Sequence record: SRR31156797_2365
Direction: 5' to 3' (one strand)
Length of the DNA stretch: 64,000 bases
A program made the position numbers and the translations under genes. Positions 40,298 through 49,389 of this stretch are shown here, piece by piece. The stretch's first letter is position 1. The number at the start of each line of letters is the position of its first letter. The notes beneath the pieces were generated by a model. The model was not told the origin of the DNA. It did no database searches and saw only the letters and a program-made list of their open reading frames with translations.

Positions 40298-40321
40298 AGG
40301 CTGCCAAATTAATGGCAGCCT
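40298..40321 (-). terminator. Rho-independent terminator
   Basis: AGGCTGCCA-N6-TGGCAGCCT followed by a T run on the minus strand. Confidence 0.8.
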
Positions 40322-40534
40322 CTAAACACCGAGTATTCTTTGTTGCCCCCTCGAAAAATAAATTTTCCGTAAGAATTGCTTTCGCATGCATCTGCAAGGA
40401 GAATTACAAGTCAATTGTTAGTTACAAGTCAAGTTAAGTCTGTACACATCTTTTCCACAGATACAACCCGGTGTTTGTTAACCTAAAAACCCAGTCATTA
40501 TGAAAACCTAATCTTTAAAAACCTTCAAAGTCAA

Positions 40535-41005
40535 TTAAACAAGGAACGATTGAAACATTGCATTACCGGCGTAGGTTTTACCCTGAGCCGCCTTTGAATA
40601 AATCTCGAGCAATAAGTCAGTACGTAATGGTTTCATCATAAAACCTTTAACCGCCTCATACGTTGATGCCTTGCGGTAGTCGGAAAAAAACTGCGATGAT
40701 GTAAGAACAACAAGTTGGATTTCAGAACTTTTAAACTTTGTCATCAAATCACTGAATCTGGGAATAAAATCCCATCCATTTGCATCATTCATCATCACTT
40801 CAAGGAGGATTAAATCAGGAATCATCGCAGATTCTTTTCCCAAGTGTTGATCGAGATAGTCTAGTGCCTTTTCAGTATCGTAAAAATCAATAATGTTTCT
40901 TTCTTCAACAGTTTTCTTCAACTTCATTTTCGAAAGCATCAAACTGAACGGGTCATCATCAATCACCATTATGTGTTCAGGAAGCAGTTCGAAATCATTT
41001 ATCAT
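40535..41005 (-). CDS. Stand-alone response regulator receiver domain (Asp-to-Glu atypical)
   Basis: IMVIDDD, PDLILLEVMM, GWDF, VVLTSS, FMMKPL. Confidence 0.85.
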   Translation of the reverse strand: MINDFELLPEHIMVIDDDPFSLMLSKMKLKKTVEERNIIDFYDTEKALDYLDQHLGKESAMIPDLILLEVMMNDANGWDFIPRFSDLMTKFKSSEIQLVVLTSSQFFSDYRKASTYEAVKGFMMKPLRTDLLLEIYSKAAQGKTYAGNAMFQSFLV

Positions 41006-41006
41006 T

Positions 41007-41038
41007 ATTGGTTACTTTCTTAATTGGTTACTTTCTTA
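41007..41038. repeat. Perfect 16-bp tandem duplication in the 5' leader
   Basis: attggttactttctta x2 immediately upstream of ATG 41005. Confidence 0.85.
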
Positions 41039-41046
41039 AACTTTTA

Positions 41047-41118
41047 CAAAAGTACGCCCAACTATCCAAATATTTTTCAGGTAAAAAGCTTATTTTATTT
41101 ATAGGTAAAAACACTTAT
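41047..41118 (-). promoter_or_regulatory. Promoter -7 element plus two operator-like boxes
   Basis: TACTTTTG (41047-41054, minus); boxes tcaggtaaaaagcttat (41077-41093) and ataggtaaaaacacttat (41101-41118). Confidence 0.6.
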
Positions 41119-41141
41119 AATTTAAAAATCACATCAATGTT

Positions 41142-41534
41142 TTATTGCACTTCCTTACTGATATATTGCTCTCCGCGAACTATTGTTGATATTGATTCCA
41201 GTAGTTCACTCCGGGATGTATCAACCGGCAAATACGCTGAGGCCCCGGCATCTATGATTGGCTTCACCAGTGACATTTCCTTGTAGATATGAAGCGCAAT
41301 GATTTTAGCTTTGGAGAATATTTCACCAATCTCAGAGATCAGGTATCTGGTGCTGGCCCTGGTTGTTGTGAGGTCAAGGATGATCAGATCTGCAATTTCG
41401 AGATGTGCAATGGCCGTACTAAGCACAGGTTTTTCGTAAGATAGTTGTGTTACCTTAAAACCTGCCTGCTCGCTAAGCAAGGTAAATATTGCCTTTTTTA
41501 CCTCGTTGTCTGTACCAATAACAACTGTATTCAT
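41142..41534 (-). CDS. NarL-type receiver domain without HTH (pseudo-receiver)
   Basis: DLIILDL, AKIIAL, DAGASAYL, ELLESISTIVRGEQYIS; ends where the LuxR HTH would start. Confidence 0.8.
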   Translation of the reverse strand: MNTVVIGTDNEVKKAIFTLLSEQAGFKVTQLSYEKPVLSTAIAHLEIADLIILDLTTTRASTRYLISEIGEIFSKAKIIALHIYKEMSLVKPIIDAGASAYLPVDTSRSELLESISTIVRGEQYISKEVQ

Positions 41535-41553
41535 TTGCCCGAAAATTGCAACT

Positions 41554-41626
41554 CAAAATTAACCTGTGAGGCAACAAATAAATCTGGCAAAAACACTTAG
41601 ATTTTGAAATAGGTAAAAATACCTAT
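41554..41626 (-). promoter_or_regulatory. Promoter -7 element plus two operator-like boxes
   Basis: TAATTTTG (41554-41561, minus); boxes tctggcaaaaacacttag (41583-41600) and palindrome ATAGGTA-N4-TACCTAT (41609-41626). Confidence 0.6.
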
Positions 41627-41683
41627 ACGGTCTTCCTGCGACTCAAAATAACCCGTACTTTTGAGGTTTAAAAACATCAAACA

Positions 41684-42130
41684 ATGGCTTACACATATCA
41701 GTATCCGAGGGCATCAGTAACAGTTGATATTGCCGTACTTTGTGAATTTGAGGGTTCGGTTAAAATTTTATTGATCCAACGCGGAAACGAACCCTTTAAA
41801 AACAAATGGGCTTTTCCGGGAGGGTTCATTGAAATGGAAGAAACTCTTGAGGAATCGGCTGTGCGGGAATTGCACGAGGAAACCGGATTAAAAGGAGTTA
41901 GGCTACACCAGTTCGGAACATACGGTGATCCGGGACGGGACCCGAGAGGAAGGACTGTATCTGTGGTTTTTTACGGGTTCACGGATATTAAAAACTCAAT
42001 TGTTGCCGGCGCAGATGATGCAAAAAATGCAGGCTGGTTTACTCCAGCAGAGATCCCGGATATGGCGTTTGACCACAACAAAATCCTGAAGGAGCTTCTG
42101 GGCTTTTTAGATGGTAGATTGAAAAGATGA
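41684..42130 (+). CDS. NUDIX hydrolase (ADP-ribose pyrophosphatase-like)
   Basis: WAFPGGF, Nudix box ETLEESAVRELHEETG, GRDPRG, AFDH; TACTTTTG promoter element at 41656. Confidence 0.92.
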   Translation: MAYTYQYPRASVTVDIAVLCEFEGSVKILLIQRGNEPFKNKWAFPGGFIEMEETLEESAVRELHEETGLKGVRLHQFGTYGDPGRDPRGRTVSVVFYGFTDIKNSIVAGADDAKNAGWFTPAEIPDMAFDHNKILKELLGFLDGRLKR

Positions 42131-42161
42131 CACTTTGGTAGGTTCACAACCTCTTTGAACC

Positions 42162-43202
42162 TTAAGATGTATAATAATGATTTTTGTCAACAGTTAAAAC
42201 CGGGTTTTTGCTATCATAATCAGTATCGGCAAGCTGCAATCCCGATGCAACCAATCCCACTGCAAACAATCGCTCTATGGCATGGGCCAGAGTTCCGTCT
42301 TTCTGGCCATCTTCCGGTTCAAAATTTTTATCTGAAAGGTTTAGTTTCAACACAGGCAATAGTGCATCCCTTCTGGCATAAAACATGGTGCCTGCTACGA
42401 AATTCAGATCCACAAGCTGGTCATCTTTCACCCCGATTTGGTTGCTCAATTCATGAACGATAGAAGCATTTGAACCATAATAGTTATGCATGGGTAAAAT
42501 ATTCCCGGAAGGCCCGACCATACCCACATTTTTGTTCTGGTTGAAAACACCCACAATTTTATCTACCTGTTTTGTAGAGATTAATTTTCCAAAAAGGTCA
42601 TTACGCCAATGTACGCGCCGGTGAAGGTGATTCGATCCCTTAGTATGGAGTTTCAAAACAAGATCATGGCCATCGGCAAAAACCTGTGGTAAAACCCTGA
42701 GAAAAGGAAGAATATCTCGACCCCGATTCCCAGCCGGCAAAAATTTTGCGGGCTGGAATGATTCGGGAACCTTGCCCAATATCTCTTTTTCCAAAGTAGC
42801 GGGACCAGTTAGATAAAGGGAGATTTCTGTGTGATGAGGGGTATCCAGCATCCGTATCAATTCCTTAAAAATCTCCGGATAGAAAACATGGATCACAACT
42901 GCAATCTTTTTGAAACGCAACGACGAATTCCCGTCGGGACCACCCTGCGAAATTGGAATTTGATATGTGCGGCAAAATTTCCTTTGCCAATACCCCGCCT
43001 TCATGGGGTGAAGTGACCGGTTTTTGTAAACCAATGCATGCTTCCAGTTAATATAAATCACCCATCTCTTAAAGAAGAAAGGGAAAAGATTGAAAATAAC
43101 ATGTTTTAACTCTTCCTTGACGGAACGCCTGAGTGGTACAAATTTCCAGAGGAACTGGAAATCGTAATGTTTATATCCGTTCTGGATCTTTTTCACGTTC
43201 AT
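42162..43202 (-). CDS. Rhamnan synthesis protein F (RgpF) family glycosyltransferase
   Basis: IHVFYPE, NRGRDILPF, LKLHTKGS, FVAGTMF, DGTLAHAIER. Confidence 0.85.
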   Translation of the reverse strand: MNVKKIQNGYKHYDFQFLWKFVPLRRSVKEELKHVIFNLFPFFFKRWVIYINWKHALVYKNRSLHPMKAGYWQRKFCRTYQIPISQGGPDGNSSLRFKKIAVVIHVFYPEIFKELIRMLDTPHHTEISLYLTGPATLEKEILGKVPESFQPAKFLPAGNRGRDILPFLRVLPQVFADGHDLVLKLHTKGSNHLHRRVHWRNDLFGKLISTKQVDKIVGVFNQNKNVGMVGPSGNILPMHNYYGSNASIVHELSNQIGVKDDQLVDLNFVAGTMFYARRDALLPVLKLNLSDKNFEPEDGQKDGTLAHAIERLFAVGLVASGLQLADTDYDSKNPVLTVDKNHYYTS

Positions 43203-45157
43203 TATTCCGGTTGCATTATTGTTGGTTTTTGATTTAACGCCACTAAACCAAGCAGGTCATCATTAGATCGAGGCGGAAATGCAAGATCGAAGTTTTCGGC
43301 TTTAAGTGTAAGATTCGGAGAATATGCCGGATCATTCTGTATGTATTTGGCCCATTTATTTAACATAAATTCGTTTTCAGCTTTAAAACGTCTAATTTGG
43401 TCCTCAGCCAAATCATCACCCCGGGAAACACTTTCGTAGTGATACAACTCGGCATATGGCGTCCACACCACTTTATATCCGAGCGTTTTTACCTTTAAAC
43501 ACAAGTCCACATCGTTGTAGGCAATCTTTAAATTGTCCTCGTCAAAACCACCGGCCTCTTCAAAAACGTGTTTCCTGATAAGCATACATGCTGCAGTAAC
43601 AGCCGAAAACTCCTGCAACAGCACACCCCGACAAAAATATCCATAATCATCGCGTGAAATGCCCTTATGTGCATGAGAACCTACCCCGCCGATCCCAAGA
43701 ATAACGCCACCATGTTGCAGCCTGTCGTCAGGATACCACAAGCGGGCACCCACAATCCCTACCTTAGGCTGTATCATAACGCCCACCATTTCTTTTAGCC
43801 AGGTGCTGTTACCAATCTCGGTATCGTCATTTAAAAAGCAGATTATTTCGCCTTTTGCAAATTCAACTGCCCTGTTATTGATAGCCGAAAAGTTGAACGG
43901 CCTGTCGTCATTTATAACCGTTACCTCAGGATAATTTCGGATGGTGCCGAGGTGTTGAATGGTTTCGGGATCGTCTGAACCATTATTAATTACCAGAATT
44001 TCATAGCCCGGGTAATCGGTTTTTTCGCGGATGCTGTTGATGCACTTTTTAAGAAACGCATTGTTGTTTCGTGTTGGAATAATAATGCTCACCAGTGGAG
44101 CCTTATCTGGCAACCGGTATTTTATCCGGTACATCTGCGTGGGTAAGATTTCCACTTTGGCATTAATTTCCATTCGGTGGAGGTGCTCTGAAATCGCCCT
44201 CTGGCCGGCATCAATCGCGTAGGGTTTTATGTTTGATCTTACGGCAGTACTCTCGTTATGAGCCCTCCAATGATAAAGGATCCGCGGAATGTGGTAAATC
44301 TGTTCCGGCGTGATTTGCTCGATAAACCGCAGCGCCAGGTCATAATCCTGCGACCCCTCAAAACCAGGCCTGAAACCACCGATTTTACTTAGGATATCGT
44401 GACGATATACGCCCAGATGGCTGATCATATTCTGCGACAAAAAAAGGTGGTAATTCCAGTCACATTTAAAATATGGATTAAATCGGCCGCCGGCTTCATC
44501 GAGCTTGTCTTCGTCGGAATAAATCAATTGCACTTCAGGATGATTATTAATGAGCGCCACAACCCTGAGTAATGCATCGGAAGAAATCAGATCATCCTGA
44601 TCCATCAGTGCAACCCATGCTCCTTTAGCAACTTCCAGTGCGGAATTGGAGGCCCTGGAAATATGCCCGTTTTCTTTTCGGTAAACCACTTTGATCCGGG
44701 GATCGGTTTTATTGAGCTGCCTGATGATCCGGAGACATTGCTTGTTTGTGGAAGCATCATCGGCAATACAGAGTTCCCAGTTTGGATAGATTTGTGCCTG
44801 AACAGATTCAATGGCCTCTTTTAACCAAGCCGGCCTGGCATTGTAAACCGGCATGATGATGGAGATGAGCGGTTTAATTTTTAATGATTCCGCTGTCTGT
44901 TTTAATTGACGGATTTGCCCTGGAGATTTTTCCTCGTACATACTGATCCATTTCCGGTAAAACACGGTTTCCGGGTGCTTCCCTGATGAAAGCCCTGCAT
45001 ACTTTACAACAGAAAATACTTTTGCAAAAATGCCTTTTATCCCATATTTTGCCCGTGTGTCGCGGAGGTTACTGCAAAAGGCAACAAACTTTTTTCTACT
45101 CCTGAAATGCCTCAGAACCCCGGCCAACGTTGCAAAAATTTTATTCAATATATTCAT
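43202..45157 (-). CDS. Bi-domain GT2 glycosyltransferase
   Basis: ISIIMPVYN...DDAS...DQDD...YSDEDK and VSIIIPTRN...LNDDT...AVTAAC...DVDLCL. Confidence 0.92.
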   Translation of the reverse strand: MNILNKIFATLAGVLRHFRSRKKFVAFCSNLRDTRAKYGIKGIFAKVFSVVKYAGLSSGKHPETVFYRKWISMYEEKSPGQIRQLKQTAESLKIKPLISIIMPVYNARPAWLKEAIESVQAQIYPNWELCIADDASTNKQCLRIIRQLNKTDPRIKVVYRKENGHISRASNSALEVAKGAWVALMDQDDLISSDALLRVVALINNHPEVQLIYSDEDKLDEAGGRFNPYFKCDWNYHLFLSQNMISHLGVYRHDILSKIGGFRPGFEGSQDYDLALRFIEQITPEQIYHIPRILYHWRAHNESTAVRSNIKPYAIDAGQRAISEHLHRMEINAKVEILPTQMYRIKYRLPDKAPLVSIIIPTRNNNAFLKKCINSIREKTDYPGYEILVINNGSDDPETIQHLGTIRNYPEVTVINDDRPFNFSAINNRAVEFAKGEIICFLNDDTEIGNSTWLKEMVGVMIQPKVGIVGARLWYPDDRLQHGGVILGIGGVGSHAHKGISRDDYGYFCRGVLLQEFSAVTAACMLIRKHVFEEAGGFDEDNLKIAYNDVDLCLKVKTLGYKVVWTPYAELYHYESVSRGDDLAEDQIRRFKAENEFMLNKWAKYIQNDPAYSPNLTLKAENFDLAFPPRSNDDLLGLVALNQKPTIMQPE

Positions 45158-45274
45158 TTTTCTATTTCAATACTCACCCTTTGAGATTTGCGGGAAACTA
45201 TTATTTTTATTGAAAATTTAAGGTATAATTTAAATCGCTCTTTTGTGATGATCAGGTTTCATTAAAATCGAGAT

Positions 45275-46648
45275 ATGGAAAGAAGGGTTTTTTTGTTTTT
45301 AGGGCTAATCTTCGGGATCATTATGGTATTTCTTACTCCGCCATTTCAGGTACCGGACGAACCTGCCCATTTTTTCAGGGCTTACCAGGTATCTGATCTC
45401 AATTTCACTGCTGTGGTGGAAAACAATGCCGCCGGAGGATACCTGCCGAAAAGTCTTTTCAGGCTGCTGAAAATTTTTCATATTGATCATCCTGAACATG
45501 ATGTGAAAGTGACAGGTGAAATGATGCATGAAGCACTTGCCCTGCCCCTGGAAAAGGAAAAAACCAGCTTTTTGCTTTTCTCCAATATGGCCATTTATTC
45601 ACCGGTACTTTATATTCCACAATCTATTGGAATTATTATCGGAAAGTTACTCAATCTTTCACCTCTGATTTTGCTTTATCTCGCCAGGCTGTTCAACCTG
45701 CTTTTCTGGACCGGGCTAACTTATCTGGTGTTGCATCTGATCCCTTTTAATAAATATTTGATCGCCGGACTTTCGCTTATGCCGATGGCTGTTTCACTGG
45801 CCGGTTCTGCAAATGCCGATGCCATGGTGATGGGATACATTTTTTTATTTCTGGCATTTGTGCTAAAAGTTGCGTATGATCCCAGTACCCGTCTGAACAA
45901 TAAAACACTGGCAATTCTATGTTTTTTGTCGGTTTTGGTTGCTCTGTCCAAAAACATTTATGTGATAATGAGCCTGCTGATATTTATCGTTCCGGTTTCC
46001 AGGGCAGCCGGCAAAAGAGATTACCTATTGAAATTATCTGTGTTTTTTGGAATTACACTAATCACTGCCGCATTTTCCTATTTTAGTGTACAAAGTGTGC
46101 TCAACAAGGTAGAAGTGATAGAACTTTATTATGGTGGTGATCCGTTTCCGCAAATCAACCCCGAAAAGCAAATCGCGTTCATTTTGTCAGATATTCCCGG
46201 GTTCCTGTCGCTTATATATCACTCCTTTAGTGACATGCTGGAAATCACATTAAAATCATATATCGGGATACTTGGCTGGATGGAACTCATCTTTCCGGCC
46301 TATTACTATTGGATTGCCCTGTTCACCATAATAGCTTTTTCAGTTTTTGCTGACCAGCGGGAACACTCAATAGCATTAAAGGACAGGCTGTTGTTTATTG
46401 GCATTTTTATTGCGGTAATCCTGGCGTTTTCATTCACGATGTATTGCAGTTGGTCGGCACCGGGAGCACCCAGAATTATCAACCTGCAGGGCAGATATTT
46501 TATCCCGGCAATGCCCCTGATCTGGTTCCTGTTTCAAAACAAGACTTTAAAAATACCTTCCCGTGCCCTTGCAGTTACGCTGATCTGCTTCGGTGTGATC
46601 TCAATGGCGTTTTCGGTTCATGCGTTACTTTTAAGGTTTTACTTATGA
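45275..46648 (+). CDS. DUF2142 family polytopic membrane protein (putative GT-C glycosyltransferase)
   Basis: TPPFQVPDEPAHFFRAY, YSPVLYIPQ, LQGRYFIP; more than 10 TM helices. Confidence 0.82.
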   Translation: MERRVFLFLGLIFGIIMVFLTPPFQVPDEPAHFFRAYQVSDLNFTAVVENNAAGGYLPKSLFRLLKIFHIDHPEHDVKVTGEMMHEALALPLEKEKTSFLLFSNMAIYSPVLYIPQSIGIIIGKLLNLSPLILLYLARLFNLLFWTGLTYLVLHLIPFNKYLIAGLSLMPMAVSLAGSANADAMVMGYIFLFLAFVLKVAYDPSTRLNNKTLAILCFLSVLVALSKNIYVIMSLLIFIVPVSRAAGKRDYLLKLSVFFGITLITAAFSYFSVQSVLNKVEVIELYYGGDPFPQINPEKQIAFILSDIPGFLSLIYHSFSDMLEITLKSYIGILGWMELIFPAYYYWIALFTIIAFSVFADQREHSIALKDRLLFIGIFIAVILAFSFTMYCSWSAPGAPRIINLQGRYFIPAMPLIWFLFQNKTLKIPSRALAVTLICFGVISMAFSVHALLLRFYL

Positions 46649-46675
46649 TCACCCACCATATTAGCCGGTTCCGTT

Positions 46676-48181
46676 TTATTTGTTTAAAATCCCCCAGGTC
46701 CCGTCAGGGATTCTCTCATAATCGATATAGTCAACAAAGTTTTGGGGTGAGTTTATAAGTTTTTTGAGCTTTTTGTCCTGCTCCCAAATTTTATAAAGAT
46801 GGATTGGAATTCGCAGTGTGTCGTATTTAAGGGCAAGTTTGAACCAGATCCATAAGCCGGGCAAATGTTTTAGTGTGGTCCAGGCAACATATCTAAACTC
46901 TTTTACCATAATGATTTTAAAAGCCTTTTTCCTTTTCTCAAGAGTGAATTCAAGCGTTTCGAACGATATTTTGGCATCGTCTCCGGCATATATTAACATG
47001 CTGTCTTCGGCAGCAAGCGTAATTTTCCCGTGTTCCTTTGCATATTTCTCCAGGCGGGTTCCCGGGAAAGGAAGTGCCATGCAGTATAGAAGGCGATCCG
47101 TTTTTAACTTTTTAATTCGTTTATATGAGTATAAAGTTCTTGAAAGTGTGTCGTCTTCCAAGCCAATGATCATGTAGCTAACAACCCGTGGAAAGTGTTT
47201 CACGGCAATTTTGATCCCCGCTTCCAAAGTTTTTAGCGGCGTGCCTTTTCGCACTTTTTTATACACCTCAGGATGCAGGCTTTCAACACCAATACCCACC
47301 ATTTCGCAGCCTGCCGAAACCATTGCCCTGCAAAGCTCCTCATCGAGATGATCGGCACGCACACCGTTTGCCTCCCATTTGATGCCATGTAACTCGGAAC
47401 ATTTAATACGTTCACAAACATCAATCAACCATCCTTTATCGTTGTTTAAAAATGCATCAACAAACCTGAACTTGTTAAAATTATATTTTCTTTTTGCAGC
47501 AACAAGTTCTTCAACTATTATTCCCGGCCGGCGGTTTCGCATTCGGTGGCCGGCATGATTAAAACAAAAGCTACAATTAAAAATGCATCCCCGGCTGGCC
47601 ATAATTTCGTAAACACCGATGGTTTTTATTCCGAAGATTTCCAGGTTTTCAAACGGGAAGCTGTCCAAATCCTGCATCATTTCCGGAGTACCTGTGTTTA
47701 ATATATTTCCGTTTCTGTTCACAAGTAGCCCTTTAATTTCCAATATTTTTTCCGGGTTACCATTTTCATAGCTGTGAATGATTTGTGGCAACACCAGTTC
47801 ACCTTCGCCAAGTACTGCAATATCCAATTTGAAATCGCAATCGCGGAAAATTTTTTCACCCACGCAAACCACACCTGTGCTTCCGGCAACAACCGGGCAG
47901 TCAGATATTTCTTTTACAAGCTTTATGGCATCCATGGCTTTTTTGTACTGAACTGAAAGGATTGAGAAGCATACCATGTCAGGTTTGAATGCATTCATCG
48001 CTTTTCTCACGGAGGTGAGTTCAACGTTTTCAAAATGGTTCATCATATCGAGCAGGCTCACTTCATGTCCGAGTTCAACAAGTTGTGCACTCAACCTGGC
48101 TATTGCATGGCTTAGGTTTCCCCTTCGCACTTTTGGTGTAGGTCTATTTATGCCCGGTGGATCAATAAAAAGAATCTTCAT
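46676..48181 (-). CDS. Cobalamin-binding radical SAM protein (class B methyltransferase-like)
   Basis: N-terminal B12-binding-like domain ending GEGE; SRGCIFNCSFC; IGVES; PFPGT. Confidence 0.88.
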   Translation of the reverse strand: MKILFIDPPGINRPTPKVRRGNLSHAIARLSAQLVELGHEVSLLDMMNHFENVELTSVRKAMNAFKPDMVCFSILSVQYKKAMDAIKLVKEISDCPVVAGSTGVVCVGEKIFRDCDFKLDIAVLGEGELVLPQIIHSYENGNPEKILEIKGLLVNRNGNILNTGTPEMMQDLDSFPFENLEIFGIKTIGVYEIMASRGCIFNCSFCFNHAGHRMRNRRPGIIVEELVAAKRKYNFNKFRFVDAFLNNDKGWLIDVCERIKCSELHGIKWEANGVRADHLDEELCRAMVSAGCEMVGIGVESLHPEVYKKVRKGTPLKTLEAGIKIAVKHFPRVVSYMIIGLEDDTLSRTLYSYKRIKKLKTDRLLYCMALPFPGTRLEKYAKEHGKITLAAEDSMLIYAGDDAKISFETLEFTLEKRKKAFKIIMVKEFRYVAWTTLKHLPGLWIWFKLALKYDTLRIPIHLYKIWEQDKKLKKLINSPQNFVDYIDYERIPDGTWGILNK

Positions 48182-49368
48182 TTAAGTGTTCCTTTATGAT
48201 GATTTAAAAACTTTTTGATTGGTAAAATCTGAGACGATTGCTCCGACAATGCATTTCGTAAGTCAGCAGACAGCATATTATCGGATGACTTCAGGCAGAT
48301 GTTGTTTTTAATGCCGAGCCTTACGGGAAGCTCCAGTGTTTTTTCAAATTCCATCTGCTCTGAGCTAATTAGATTTGTGGGGTTTATCAGGCAACTGGCA
48401 TCCTGATTTTTAAGAAAAACAAAAGGTGTAAGTGAAAACAAACTCTCCATGGCTTTTTCCTGATCAAGAATAAAGCAGGTTGAAATTTCATGATCTTTGT
48501 AATGATGATCATAAACATGCAAAGCGCTCATCCTGATTTTGTAGCGGGTGAGCGGATGATTAAGAAACGGCGGAGAGCCTCCGAGAAACATTTTGTCAAT
48601 TTTTCTTTGGTGAAAACTATCAGCCAGAAAATAATACATCGCACTGATGACGCCCATTTTAACAAAACCGGCATCTCCGTCAGTTATGCCCAGAAATCCA
48701 AAGCTTGCCCTACCACTGGGGAAAGTTGCAACAGCGCCACCCACCAGGTTGCCTTCCATTCTGATAAAATATAGCTGATATGGCCGGGAACTTTTGAATA
48801 TATCTTCGTATGGCAGCTCTCTTAAATAACGATGCGTATTTTTACGCAAATAAGGCAGATACATATGCTCGTAAAAATGGGTACGGTCTTCCGGAGTGTT
48901 GGCATCATGGCATGTAATACTGTACTTTCTGATCAACCTGCGTGCATTGTTAAATCCTGATTTGCTGGGTTTGCATAATTGCTCAACTGGCCTGGACGTA
49001 TCGATATATGTCTGAATCCAGTTTGGAATATTAATGCGTGGTATGTCAAAATTTTGCCTTCCCTTTAATAAATTTTTCTCCACGAGTAAAAAAGTGCATC
49101 CCGGAAATTTCTGAGTAATGGCTTTTAACTTTAATTTATTAAGATTGATGGGATTCAGGATTTTTTCATTGAAACCTGAAAGAAGGTAGTCGCCCCACAT
49201 GTTTTGGTTAAAGCGGTTGTGCCCGGAATACAAAAATTTCATCTCTCGCCCGCTTGTGGCATGCTTCCCTGAAATAAGCCTGATTGGCAATGTGAATTGC
49301 TCGGCTTTTCCCCTTTCCTGGTTCCGACGGAAACTTAAGCTATTAAAAAAAGAAACAATTCTGTTCAT
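48178..49368 (-). CDS. Hypothetical protein with GNAT/FemAB-like region
   Basis: NARRLIRKY, FYEHMYLPY, LVGG, AMYYFL, LGGSPPF, LTRYKIRM resemble FemAB-type GNAT patterns. Confidence 0.55.
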   Translation of the reverse strand: MNRIVSFFNSLSFRRNQERGKAEQFTLPIRLISGKHATSGREMKFLYSGHNRFNQNMWGDYLLSGFNEKILNPINLNKLKLKAITQKFPGCTFLLVEKNLLKGRQNFDIPRINIPNWIQTYIDTSRPVEQLCKPSKSGFNNARRLIRKYSITCHDANTPEDRTHFYEHMYLPYLRKNTHRYLRELPYEDIFKSSRPYQLYFIRMEGNLVGGAVATFPSGRASFGFLGITDGDAGFVKMGVISAMYYFLADSFHQRKIDKMFLGGSPPFLNHPLTRYKIRMSALHVYDHHYKDHEISTCFILDQEKAMESLFSLTPFVFLKNQDASCLINPTNLISSEQMEFEKTLELPVRLGIKNNICLKSSDNMLSADLRNALSEQSSQILPIKKFLNHHKGTLK

Positions 49369-49389
49369 GGATTGATGCCAAAAATAGGC

